In this document: one piece after another, positions 10,333-22,490 of the stretch
Numbering within the stretch: position 1 is the first letter of the stretch
How the letters are laid out: each line of letters starts with the position of its first letter
Source: Octopus bimaculoides
Taxonomy: Eukaryota
NCBI RefSeq assembly: GCF_001194135.2
Contig: NC_068982.1
Coordinates: forward strand, 94,851,476 to 94,905,982
Length of the DNA: 54,507 nucleotides
Direction: 5' to 3'
Position numbers and translations under genes: made by a program
The notes under the pieces: generated by a model
What the model saw: only the letters and a program-made list of their open reading frames with translations
Databases searched by the model: none
Told to the model about the DNA's origin: nothing

Positions 10333-11669
10333 TTCATTACTGAATACTTTCCACATACATGGCATGAATTAATGTTATACGAGAGCCTTTGCGATCAACT
10401 CTACTGTCACGGAAGTAACGCCAAATAGGACAGGTCCAAAATCGTGCAGAGCGATGAGGCCGTACTGCGCGTGTTTATGCTGACTTGAGGAGTGATGTAA
10501 AACAGCTGTTATGGTGTGTAGGATGAATCAGGCTATCGGCTGACTTCATCGTTATGACCGCTCCATCACTTGTCTTTAACTAGGTGAAACAGCAATGTTC
10601 CTCTGTCTAAAAAATGAGACCGTGAAGGGGACAAGGCAGCAAAAATTGTGGACAAACAGTTTTCTCTTCAATCAAATCCTCATTAACTTTTTAAGTTTCC
10701 TCTTGGAAAGGGAAGTGAGAGTCAAACAGAAATATGTCTCCTCCAACTAAGTGAGGGACTGTGGCAGGAATTGTAAGGACGAATGAAACTACTCCAAGAT
10801 TGCATCACCTGCGTAAGCGCTTGCAACTCTGGTACTTAGGATGATCTTATAATTTGTAGGCTTTCTTAAATGATCCAAATTGGAGCCTATGCTGTACTAT
10901 GAAGACTCCATCAACAATAAATTCATATATTTTAGATATTCTATACATAGTTTTGAATATCATCTCACCCTCCCCTCCATTTTCACCATACCTTTAAGTT
11001 TTTAATATTTCTTGTCATGATTTATCCAGCTTGCTTGGAGACAGAAAATTGTTCAATGCTGCTTTTATATTAGTTTCTGTTTCTCTACTAGATATTTCGT
11101 CGCCATATAGTATTTCTAATATTTACGATAATGTGTTTCATTTTTTTTTTTTATACTTTCCAGTCTAGGTTTGCTAATTTACGTAGCTTCCAGTTGGGAA
11201 TAATATTACTAAAAACGTTACTATACCGCCTGGAATAATGAGGCCTATTATTTCATTTTTCCATTTATCTATATTTTATGAATTAATCTTTTGTGTCCTT
11301 TACATTACTTCGTAACTTTTTTAATATGTCTTGTTTTGTATCATGGTGATTACATTTTACGTATTTGTAAGTTAGTGTTTAGTCTACTTTACTTTTCTTT
11401 AGTGGAATCAATAAAATAAGATGCTTTCCACTCATTTTTGTCGTAAAGGTCTGACATTTGGCGCTCGAGTCACATGTGTTTGGTTGACCTCACGCAATTT
11501 AATATTCTCCTTGTCTAATTAGAGGAGTTTGCGTAACTGCAAGCATTTGAAACTGAGACGGTTGTTCCTTTCCTGTTTATATTTTTCTTGAAGGGATTGA
11601 ACTTGCGCTGCAGTGATTTCACCAATATGAAAAGGCCGACAGAAGTTATAGATCTTTCCTCGCCTCTCT

Positions 11670-11870
11670 CATCTAGAATTGTTAGCACGCTGGACGGGAT
11701 GTTTAGCAGTATTTCGGCCGTCGCTACTTTCTGTGATCAAATTCCACCGAGATCGACCTTGCCTTTCATCCTTTCGCAGTCGATGAAATAAGTACCAGTT
11801 AGGCACTAAGGTCGATGAAATTGACTATCCCCCACCCACAAATTTCAGGCTTTGTGCTTATAGTAGAAAG
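11670..11870 (+). mobile_element. SINE family B followed by (TTG)n/(TTA)n array to 11955
   Basis: gaattgttagcacgctgg...ctttgcctttcatcctttcg..gtcgatgaaataagtacc...tttcaggctttgtgcttatagtagaaagg. Confidence 0.85.
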
Positions 11871-11883
11871 GATTATTATTATT

Positions 11884-11940
<57 letters not shown>

Positions 11941-12149
11941 ATTATTTTTATTATTGACGTTACACAGTACACAATATCTTGAGGTTGTTGATTGAAGATA
12001 TTGTGTTCTTGCTGATTGACCTCCCGACACCTACAGCAAGGTAACTCGCTGTATACATTGATAGGCCACTAAAATAAACACACCAAATTGTTCATATGCA
12101 ACATCAAATAAAGTTATCTAAAACAAAAAAAGTTATCTACTTAGAAGTT

Positions 12150-12680
12150 TATCATTCCCACAGAGACAATGCTCTTCACAGTGCATGCAACAAACTAGTT
12201 AAACCAATTTCTGGCATTTCTTGCAGGAATGGCAAGCAAGAGAACATTCTCAAATGATATTCAGTTCTTCTTTTCTTAATTCCTCGTCCTCCTACAACCA
12301 AGGTATTTTAACCATCTTCAGGTGCCACCTTCTTTCGACTTCAATGAGCAAATCTTTATATTTTCTGAGCTTTTCAAATTCTTTCATCGCAATACTATGA
12401 CCAATAGGGATACTCATATCAATCAATAAACAGACTTCATGTTTTGGGTCCTTTACAGCAATATACCCAGTTCATCAGCGTCGATAGTTCTGTTTGTATG
12501 TACGAGAAAGTCCGAAAGCATAATTATATATTTTCTCCATCAGTTACAGCCTCTAAGTGACGCTTATACCATTAGTCAACACTTTTGATTTTATAATGCC
12601 GACATATTAACCACTGTAGATGTAGGCCGACTTTCTTCTGTCTTTATTTATGCTCTGCTAGTGCTAAAGCTTTCCGGTCA
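12150..12680 (-). mobile_element. R4/Dong-like LINE REL-domain remnant
   Basis: Homologous to 18091-18500 (shared actcat.tcaatcaataaacagactt, acattat.ca.tgtagat.taggcc). Confidence 0.8.
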
Positions 12681-12697
12681 GAGATTAAGTGGTCCTT

Positions 12698-12880
12698 ATT
12701 ATTATTATTATTATTTTTTTTTTTGATTTGGCTCAGGTTCGGTCTTATTCCTGGTAGCATATTTATGTGGGTAGCGGGTTATTACCTGTTACCTTAGGTA
12801 GCCCCAAGTGCTTAGAACCCTCCTGATGATCTTTGCTGTCCCTAAGAGACAACCTTTCAGTAGGAGCTATTATTAATATT
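12698..12880 (-). mobile_element. R4/Dong-like LINE 3' end with (TAA)n tail
   Basis: Minus-strand LLKGCLLGTAKIIRRVLS, short 3' UTR, A-rich/(TAA)n tail at 12698-12724. Confidence 0.8.
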
Positions 12881-13304
12881 TTCATTATCATCTTCTATCA
12901 TTTGTGTTTCCATTTCTTGCCGAGTGACTTCCTGATATCTCGGGCGGAGAAACGCACTGTGTACATTGGTAGGCCATTAAAATAAACACACTCGATTGTT
13001 CATTTTCAAATAGAGAAAAAGGGGAAGAAAGAAAGGAAAAGGAAAAAATAAAACATAAAAAAGTAAACAAAGAAAATAAAGGAGAAAAGGAAATAAAATT
13101 CACAGCGAGTATACTCTTCCAGTACGTGTGACGGATGGTATTATACCCTTAAGGATAAACAAATAGACTGCAACAGTGTAATAACAATATAATCGAAGCA
13201 AACGGCAGTAACCACACGGATCGTGGAAAGAATCTTTTAAGACCCAACAATGCTAACTCATACTGTAAGCTTTGAACTGCAAATTTGAACTATTAACACA
13301 CGAA

Positions 13305-14168
13305 GTGTAGAACTAGTACGATGATTTTATTGAAACCACAAGGTTTAAACAAAGCGGGGATAATTCAAGCGACAAATGGTGTGGCGGACTTACTGAATGA
13401 TATTACATATATATATATATAAATACATTATAATTTCGGAAGCAGATGAAGCAAAATTGAATGGACGCGGAATGGGTTTAGGCGTTTATATACCCAACAT
13501 TCAGGCTACTCTCTTCCATCTTCTTTTGTACGTTTTTGCTGTCAAGCATTTCTTCTCCAGATATGCTTTCCCTCTTAGGTGATATAAAAAAAAAGCGTAA
13601 ACAAAGCATGCCCGGAGACGTAGGTGCCTGATGCGATACCTCTTCCATGCGTCTTCCATATCACCTATTTCGCTATAGCTATTACGGCTAGAAAACAAAA
13701 TTTCTCTTCTGCTTTTAGGGGAGACGGCGGCAGGATCTTAATAATCAATTCGAATGACAGCTGAACTCTCTCCAACTGTAACAGTACCCGTTCTGTAGAA
13801 ACCCACAGGTAGAAACCCACTGTACAATTGCATGTAATTCATTGATCTGACCGCAGTGTGGGCACGTTGGCGAAGCGGTAACGCCTTTCTCGCGAGTTTA
13901 TCCCGATCTGGCAAAGCACTTCCGAAGCACTTCCAAACTAGGGACCTCTGGAAGTTGTCCATAGGTCCCGAACCAAAAGTCCTTCGATGCAGGTTGGCAA
14001 GCTGACTTTCGTCGAAACCCAGAGTCTCTCTCAGGTCGTTAAACACTTGCCTTGTACCAGCCGTGTATAGTGCGCTGAGATGATACCCCTCCGTCGGCAT
14101 TGCTTTTTGGGAAGAGAAGCATGAGTGTCTGTCGAGATTCTGCTTGCCAAGCTCCCAGCCTTGGTCAG
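13305..14168 (-). mobile_element. 5'-truncated L1/Tx1-clade LINE inserted in the Gypsy 3' LTR
   Basis: 6-bp TSD CACGAA (13299-13304, 14169-14174); ORF2 C-terminus RRTFGSGPMDNFQRSLVWKCFGSALP plus frameshifted TCPHCGQINELHAIVQ (zf-RVT-type CCH); stop at 13501; AATAAA about 21 nt from the 3' end. Confidence 0.8.
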
Positions 14169-17100
14169 CACGAACTGCCTCACTTACTCAGATCGTTACT
14201 ATTTATATTTAGTAATCCAGTCCATCCTTGCCAGAATCGTACTCTCGCACAACATCTCCCATTTTGAGATTTCGTGTTCCAAAGGAATAAAGAAATTTTT
14301 TATTTATATATATATATATTTTAGTATCTCTATCACTTGGGCATTATCTCAAGGTATTAGGTCTGCTTTCTTTTTCTCATGCTGGTTCTACGGGACTATT
14401 ACTTTTGGCACCGATACATCGAATATTTCACAGAATACTTCCATTGGAATTTCTCTCTGAGTTTGGCTATACCTCTTCCTTAGTTGGTTTATATGTCTTT
14501 TATTTTCACCGTGAGACCCTTCAATTAGATACATCATATTTTCAATTCTTCTGGTAACAGCACCATCTTCCCAGCATTCTTTACCGTTTCTATTTGTCTT
14601 GAAATGCACTTTATCACCTATCTCGACGTATTTGGTTGGTGCTTTCGTATTTCTTTTACATCTTTTTTTCTCTGGCAATGGCTTATCAAAAATGGATTTT
14701 ATTCTTCTTTTTAACATCAATTCTGCATGATAGTTCCCTGAATTTGTACTTGGATTGGGGGTCACTCTGTATATTCTTAAGAAATTTGTCAGTGCTTCGT
14801 CGTTACTTAATTCATTCCCTCGCTTGCCTATTTGACCTCGGACTGAAGGGAGGAGTGAAAATATGCTTTATTGCATGCCTTTTACAGAAGTTCTTGAATT
14901 CATACACAGACAACTGCGTTCCACTGTCTGAAATTGGCGCATCACGTTACCAATTTGTATAAGAACTTTATAGTTTGTCTTAGAGGTTGGTCTAGAGCAC
15001 CTGCAAACCTCCGGCCACTTAGTACAGCGATTTACTACGATTAGGTAGTAAGCACCGTTTACTGGTCCGGCATAGTGAATGTGTAACCTAGACCATGAGT
15101 TCTCCCTCTCTGGCCACGATTGATATTTTACCGGCGGGGCTTTGGCCACCAGCGCGCAACCTCGGCACGTTCTAACCAAGTTTTTTGATATCTCGGTCCA
15201 TAGACGGCAAATAGACATAATTCCTCATCAAAGCCTTCATCCTTGTCATTCCTAGATGTCCGCTGTGAAATTGCTGCAATACATATTTTTGAAATGTAAT
15301 TGGAACCACCACTCTTTGAGCATATATCAGAATATCATCGCAAATTGAAAATCTACTGGCATCTGAAGTTTTATTCTGATTATTTTTTAAAGCTTCTTTT
15401 ATTTCCGTAATATACTCATCACCTATAGCTTTCATTTTTATATTCTGTGTAGTCGCCGGTAGTTGTTGTATAACGTTCGTCATAATACTTCTAATTTCAC
15501 TTTCTGCCTGTAGTGTAACTATAACGGTCTCTTCCATATTTTGTGGAATTAACCACAAAAGGCAGTCCGCATGAACAATCTTGTGCATATTAGGAATGTA
15601 GTTTTGATAATAGTTTGCCAACCCAAGAAATACTTGTAAATTTGGAATATTTGTCGGTGCAGGCATATTCCTTATTGCGTCTGCCCTAGACGAGTCAGGG
15701 CGTCTAGCACTTTTATCAATTATCTGCAGCATATACTTAAATATGGATAGAAAGAATTCGCATTTTCCTTCACTCAATGTGAACAACGCAGCTTTTATAC
15801 GTTCCCCATGCTGTTCGCGAGAATTACTCTTGATTAAAACATCGTCCAAATACGGGATTGAAAATTCACAATCATGTAACACAGTATCCATGATTTGCTG
15901 GAATATTGCTAGTGTCACTTTAATCCAAAAGGTAATCGTGTAATTCGGTACAATCCTCTGTGTGTATTTATTGTCAAGTACTTTGAGCATTTTTCATTTA
16001 CTTTTATATGTAAATAGGCTTCAGACAGATCTAATTTAGAAAAAAACCAATTTACCCCCATTTAACTTTGAAAAAAATGTCCTCTGCTGTCGGGAGTTGA
16101 TGGTGGTATGTTTTTAAGCAGTCGTTCAGTCCTGTAGAGAAATCGACACACAGCCTAATCCTATTATTTGTTTAAATACATACCATGGATGCTGACCACT
16201 TCGAGTAATACACCTTTTTGATGACTCCACTCTTTTCGAGTCTTTCCAACTCTTCATTTACGGTTTCAATTGTGCGGATGGTACTTTTCTGTTTGCTTTA
16301 AATACATGTACAGCGTTTTCACATACTTGTAAAAAGGCTTCTGCCTTTCTACATAGACCTAAATCTTCTGATAACACTTGCGGGAACATTCTTCAGTTCT
16401 TCCGAAAACTTGTTTTTAACGGGACAACCATTTATGCTATTGCAATAAAGATTTATGGGGAGGTGCCATAAATAGAATAATTCTAACCAATCTGTGCTAA
16501 ACAGATTGATTGTATTATCCACAACGAATAACTTTGCTTCGTGTGTCTGTCTTCGAAATGTGACATCCTTACATGTTTTGCCCAGGAAATGTAATTTATC
16601 GGCCGTTACAGCACGCGCTATTTTACGTAATTTCGGTTTTCCAATTTTTTTTCCAAATATTCGCATTTATAATCGAGATGTCACTACTTGTGTCTAACTG
16701 TAACTTGGTATTCACATCATTTATTTTTATGTGCACGAATTCTTTTTTGTTTTCCCGTAGCAATCACTCTTCGCTGAAAACACCTTAGAACTTTTTGTGT
16801 TTGAGCCTCGTAGTCTTCTTCTACAATGAGAACTCCTGTGTCTCAGCTTCTGACAACTATAACACTTTTTGTTTTTAAACGGAGACTCTTTTTTGTAGTA
16901 TAGGCCTCCACAACTATAACATGGATTGGGGCCTGACACTATTTCTATTGTGATTTCCGGGACGACACACCTGAATTTTTGCAGAGTCTTTATCCTGTAT
17001 TTTTTCACATCTTGCTTAAGATTCACCATATTCTGACATTCTTCTGCGAATGTTTGTAGAGATAAATCCTGGTTCGCTTGCTCCATTTTCAAGAGAATCC

Positions 17101-17804
17101 TTGCCCGAATTTCTCTATCCTCGGGTGTTATAAGTCCTTGCACGAAGATACGTGATTTGAACATATCCTGATTGAGATCCTGGAGTCTGAAATTTTCGCA
17201 CATACGGTTGACTACTCCGGTATATGTGATAAAATCCTCGTCGTCATTTTCTGTTAAGTTCCAACACTCCATTCTTGTGTTGGATAATGAACTTATATCA
17301 CAAAAAATTTTGAAAGCAATCCCACGGTTTTTGGAAACCAATCTCAATCGACATTTTGGGCAGAATATTTACAGTAACGCGCATGTTCGGCGGGAGCTAC
17401 CACGCATAGCAAAAGCCTTACTTTCTGCTCCTCCGACCATGACTTGCACTCGTTGTTAAAATTTTCTTCGCATCTTCTATAATGCCCTCCTTCGGATTTA
17501 ACGTAAAGTCAGAATTTGCTTTAGCCGCGCTAACTAGATTTTCGGACTTCACCGACTGTAACCCAATTAGTTGTTGTTGTTGTATTTGTTTTTATTACTC
17601 GTGTACCCAGGTTGAACAGCATGATGGAAGTGCGGCTACTGTAGTTGCAAAGGAGGTGAAATCAATAGCAAAGCAAAATGCGTTTGAACAATTGGCACAT
17701 AGGTGGGAACAAAAACCTCTGTTCATGTTGCTTCTTTTGAAGCTGTACTACTGTGGCTGATAGGTTTTCCAAAACGCAGAAATTACCAAAGTGAGTTTCG
17801 AACA

Positions 17805-17817
17805 ATCCTCGTCGCCA
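17805..17817 (-). promoter_or_regulatory. Primer-binding site, tRNA-Ser(GCU) type
   Basis: Plus strand ATCCTCGTCGCCA equals the 3' end of eukaryotic tRNA-Ser(GCU); lies 2 nt inside the 5' LTR end. Confidence 0.8.
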
Positions 17818-17819
17818 GA

Positions 17820-18070
17820 TGTTATCTCCTTAAGGAGAAACGAATACACTGCAATAGTGTAATAACAATATGATCGAAACAAACGGCAGTAACTACACAG
17901 AACGTAACAATCTGGTAAGAACCAACAATCCAACACGCTAACTCGAACTGTAAACTTTGAACTTCAACTTTGAACTAGCAACACATGTATTTCACTTACT
18001 CAGACCGCTACTATTTATATGTAGTGGTCCAAGCCATTCTTGCCAGGGAGCGTTGTACTCTCACACAGCA
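17820..18070 (-). repeat. 5' LTR of Gypsy element 1 (TG...CA, 251 bp)
   Basis: Begins TGCTGTGTGAGAG, ends TAACA, contains TATAAATAG; 12 mismatches in 86 nt against the U5 part of the 3' LTR (manual count). Confidence 0.9.
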
Positions 18071-18925
18071 GATGGTTAGCCAGGGATCATTCATAAATAA
18101 TTTTCAGTTCCTTTTTTGATCATTCCAAGTGCTCCTACAATCTCTGGTATTGTACTTGCCTCGAGATGCCACATCTTTTCGATTTCGATTAGCAAATCTT
18201 TATAATTTCTGAGCTTATCAAATTCTTTTGCCCAGATATTATGGTCACAGGGTATACTCATGTCAATCAATAAACAGACTTTACTGTTTTGGTCTTTCAC
18301 AACAATATCTCGTTTATTTGCTTTGATGATCCGATGTGTACATACTGGGAAGTCCCAAAGAATCGTTACATATTCTCCCTCAGTTACAGCCTCAGGGTGG
18401 TGCTTGTACCATTTATCAGCAGCTTTAATTTTATAAAGCCGACACATTATCCAATGTAGATATAGGCCAACTCTGTCATGTCTTGATCTGTGCCTTGTAG
18501 GCGCTAAAACCTTACACCTGCAGATTGTTTGAATCCCTTTGTTGGAGTATCGGCATTTTGGGTCTTCACCACTTTTCATCGCATTGGTTTGATAGTTCAG
18601 GTTCAACAAGCTCTGGCCTTGAGCAGCCAAGATAAAACCTTCACTCACTACCTTTAGTCCTGAGCTCCGTAGCCACTGATGGGTGTGCTTCTGATCTACA
18701 TCAGCTTGTTTGCGACGGGCCACATATTTGCCATACAGAGGTTTTGTTCCCAACTATGTGCCAATTGTACAAACGTATTTTGCTTTGCTATTGATTTCAC
18801 CTTCTTTGCAACTACAGTAGCCGCACTTCCATCATGTTGTTCAACCTGGGTAATATGCATAAACTCACTTGAAAATTTCGTGTTCTCCTTCATAACAGAA
18901 AAGTTTTTGTTCTCCTTCGTAACAT
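18071..18925 (-). mobile_element. R4/Dong-like LINE C-terminal region (Zn-knuckle region and REL endonuclease)
   Basis: ORF 18091..18753: KPLYGKY, EGFILAAQ, RHDRVGLYLHW, ILWDF, DIVVKD..LIDMSIPCD, KEFDKL..YKDL, IVGALG. Confidence 0.92.
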
Positions 18926-18926
18926 G

Positions 18927-18947
18927 TTTCTATTATTATTATTATTA

Positions 18948-18996
<49 letters not shown>

Positions 18997-18997
18997 G

Positions 18998-19030
<33 letters not shown>

Positions 19031-19370
19031 GTTCAGTAGTTTTATTTTTATAACGTGCTTTCACTTCACTACCGAGCGCAGCTCTGTGCGTCTTGGGTAT
19101 GTGCTGTGGTTTGCTGTGGTGCTCTTATGGTTTCTGTATTGAAAGTGTTTTGCGTAGGATGTGTGCAGTGCCCAGTAGTGCAATTTTCTGTATGTTATAT
19201 ATATTTGTAAGTCCTGGCGTTTTTGTTATGTATTTGTCTGAATATTTTTTTATTATACCTAAGGCACCTACTATGATAGGAATTGTTTCTGTTTTTAGAT
19301 TCCACATTCGAGTTACCCCTATTTCCAGGTCTTTGTATTTTGAAAGTTTTTCCATTTCTTCTCCTTATTA
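18927..19370 (-). mobile_element. 5'-truncated R4/Dong-like LINE between (TAA)n arrays
   Basis: ORF 19125..19355 EKLSKYKDLEI..RMWNLK..TIPIIVGALG..IQKIALLGTAHILRKTLS; 3' UTR; (TAT)n arrays at 18930-19030 and 19365-19388. Confidence 0.92.
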
Positions 19371-19388
19371 TTATTATTACTATTATTA

Positions 19389-19575
19389 TGGCGGTGAGCT
19401 GGCAGAATCATTAGCACACCGGCCAAAATGCTTAGCGGCGTTTCATCCGTCATTTCATTTACCGAGATCGTCTTTGCTTTCATCCTTTCGGGGTCGATGA
19501 AATAAGTACCAATCAAATACTGGGCACGATGTAATTGACTCTGTCCGCTTCCCGCAAATTCCAGGCCTTATGAAT
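19389..19575 (+). mobile_element. SINE family B
   Basis: GGCGGTGAGCTGGCAGAATCATTAGCAC head plus conserved core. Confidence 0.85.
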
Positions 19576-19604
19576 AATGTAGTTCAAATATATTACCTTC
19601 TAAT

Positions 19605-19770
19605 TAAGGCTTGATGTCTAGTGATTAGGGTTGTTCAGATATGAACTGTTAGTTCGGACATCAGCTCACGGACAAAGTGGGGCATAGTGACCTTGAATAA
19701 GGCATTTCATTTAACAATGTTCCTTTCTACTCAACTGCAATTGGAACCTGCCGTGAGCTGGTATTTCGTT
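19605..19770 (+). mobile_element. Old degenerate SINE remnant
   Basis: A-box-like tctagtgattaggg and a core-like gtgaccttgaataaggcatttcattt; weak. Confidence 0.35.
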
Positions 19771-22423
19771 CTCTGCATTGATAATATACCATTGGGTCAA
19801 TGTATGAGAGAGCTGGTAAATCTGTTTACGAAAACTTGAGCACCTAAACCAATAAGCAGAAGCGTGGTACTTGCTAACAATCAATATGTTTTGAGTGGCG
19901 GGTATGGCTCTTCATCTAATTAAACTTATAATGTTCTTGATTAGACATATGAAACAAATATACAGAAAACTAATATAAATGAACAAATTAGATACAATAA
20001 TACACAAAACGTGTTATTGTTCCAATGGTATGTATAATGATTATAACTGCCATATTTTGTATTCCTACAAAGATTGTTGGCCTGCCAAGGTTGCATTTTC
20101 AGATGAAGCTATTTCATTAAACGCTGCTAACGCATTTGGAAAGCCTATTGTTATTGCATCTTTACATGATAACCTCTGGAGAAATCATATCTTATTTATT
20201 TCAGAAGTGTGTAGCTGCTGGTATTTTGAGTGTTACCAGTGTAAATATTGATCTAGCATATTTACCATTATGTTGTTTTTACTTATTTTCTCAGCCTGTC
20301 ACATCATCCATCTGCTAGCCCAAGGTCATCAGTTTTGAGCAACATGAAAAATATATTACTGAAATGTTCCTCTATTGTTGCTATTGTTTTATTTAATTAT
20401 ATATCTGAAGGAATAGATCTATTATCAACAACGTTCAATCACTGACCAATGACAATCGTATCGTTGTATACCTAAAACTACATTTACTAATATTTATGTA
20501 ATGTTTTACTATGTTTTTGTGATATGAGATATCCCGATGCCAATTCTCACTTCTCGAAGCCATCAAGCAGAGACTCTTTCGTTTGCTTTTTGCTAGTTAT
20601 TTTTTCTTTCTGTTTTGTTGTTGTTAATTGAAGTGTAGTTCTCCTATCCACATGTGTTGCTATACACACAGCATTGGGTTTTGGATATCACTGCCAACAT
20701 AAGTTTTATATTGAAGAAATATTGTCATCTACTTTCTACAACCAGAGACATCGCATTCTGGATTGCCTATTTATACTTTACATTTATTACTTTTTCTTTT
20801 GTTTACTTGAAGTCATAGTCAAGGTTATATACTCACTATACTGCTTACTATCAACTCTTTTCCAACATTAGTTTTAAATAGTAATTATATACTGTAGTGA
20901 AAAATAAATTAACATTGAATCCTCTGGAGATTCGTTTTTCTTTTAAATTTCTTGGAAGATAATACATTATTGTTCTTTTCCAACATTCTAAATCTATGAA
21001 ATTTCTTCATTTGTTCTGCATTCATCTTTTTATTTCTTTAAATGTCTGCTTTTTCCCCAGATCTTCTATTTTCCTCAATGTTTCCTTTATCTTCTGCAAG
21101 CTTCTGTTGGATTTAAGGTGCATTTTTTTTACACTTTCTTAATAACTATATTATATTTTGTTTTATAGGTCACTGAAGGCCTTAATATTACCCAGCTGAC
21201 TGCATATTTTTCTTGTTCACAGTTGTTTTGCTTCTCACACTCTGTTCATTTTACTTTGAATGAAATTGATTTTGTTCATACATAGAACGTCAATTATTTA
21301 GTCTGTCTTTGAATTTAGCAACCTATTTCTACAAAAATAAAAACAGTATAAGCAATAGCATTTACTTTCAACATTATCTCGGCAGCATAGCAAATCCCGA
21401 GCTTAGTACAGAACAAGATCATTATAATATGACTTGATACCGTCTCAGCAATGCACACCACGCTTAAACTAACAACATTTTGCCAAATATCTCTTACAAT
21501 AACAGCCAATCACCATAATAATTTATTTGGAATGTAAATGGAAACGAAATTAGCATTGTAACTTGATCACCCAAGCAGAGACCGAGGCATGAACTTATGT
21601 CTGTCTGTCTTTGATTATATATTAAAAGAGATTTAGTCATGTTGATGTAGATGATATGGTTGAATCACCTTCAAGATAGAATCGTAAGATTTCAAACGTT
21701 GACACGGATAGGATTATAACACTAATTTTAAACTCTCAGATAGATATCCATTTCAGATGAAATTCGATATTTTGCCATTTATGTCAAATCTTCAAAGATG
21801 TAAGATCATAAGGTCATAAAGAACGGTAATATTTATATACTTGCTATTTTTGTAGTGAGCACAGTTGGTCAAAAATGAGGAGTTAGTATGCGGTTTCATA
21901 TGACGGTTGACTTAGACCACCCTCCACTTCTGATTCTAAAAAGGCAAGATCGTCTCAATGCGTGTTATCTCTTTTTATTAAATATTTAATATTTGTATCT
22001 ATTGAATAAAAAAAATATTCTGTATGTTTTCACGTGATTCTAAAATATATAGAGCGAAGTAATCTATATCTACTTAAAGGGATTATATATATCAAATTCA
22101 CATGTTGTATAGCAAGTTATAATTTCAGATTAAATAAAAATATTGAAATTTTGCATGTACTGAAAGAAAATTCTGATGAATTTAATTTTATAACCAACAT
22201 GCTAATCTCCATCACTTACGTGATAATAAAACTGTTATATTTAGGCAGCATATTCTTTCATTGTTGAAATAATAGGTATCAGAAGTTTACAAAAGAATTT
22301 ATTCAAAAAATAAGAAACAGAAAGAGAAGGGAACATGCTTCTGTCATCAAACCACCTAAGTCTACTCTACATTCGTGTTTTAAGAATGGAAAATATCACC
22401 ATTACACTGTGTAGGATGAATGA

Positions 22424-22425
<2 letters not shown>

Positions 22426-22490
<65 letters not shown>

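Larger units (their letters stand above)
13139..18070 (-). mobile_element. Ty3/Gypsy (Mag-like) LTR retrotransposon, degenerate, both LTRs present
   Basis: 5-bp TSD GATGG at 13134-13138 and 18071-18075; 5' LTR 17820-18070; split 3' LTR (14254-14169 plus 13304-13139); PPT; gag with CCHC knuckles (16727..17347), protease, RT (IPYLDDVLI), integrase (SWSRLHIHYAGP, GHLGMTRMKALMRNYV); RNase H largely deleted. Confidence 0.93.

Noticed and set aside
10406-10900. Solo LTR beginning TGTCACGG
   Set aside because: No matching CA end with a TSD and no second copy in the window; left unannotated.
13808-13826. 19-nt match to the Gypsy-2 LTR end (ggtagaaacccactgtaca)
   Set aside because: Lies within the Tx1 coding remnant beside a local agaaacccac duplication; too short, likely coincidental.
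13738-14100. Novel host gene or cargo captured by the LTR element
   Set aside because: Motifs and a frameshifted CxxC..H knuckle fit a Tx1/L1 ORF2 C-terminus, and it has its own TSD.
19979-20320. Exon in ORFs 19979..20251 / 20136..20318
   Set aside because: Several conflicting splice options on both strands and no recognisable product.
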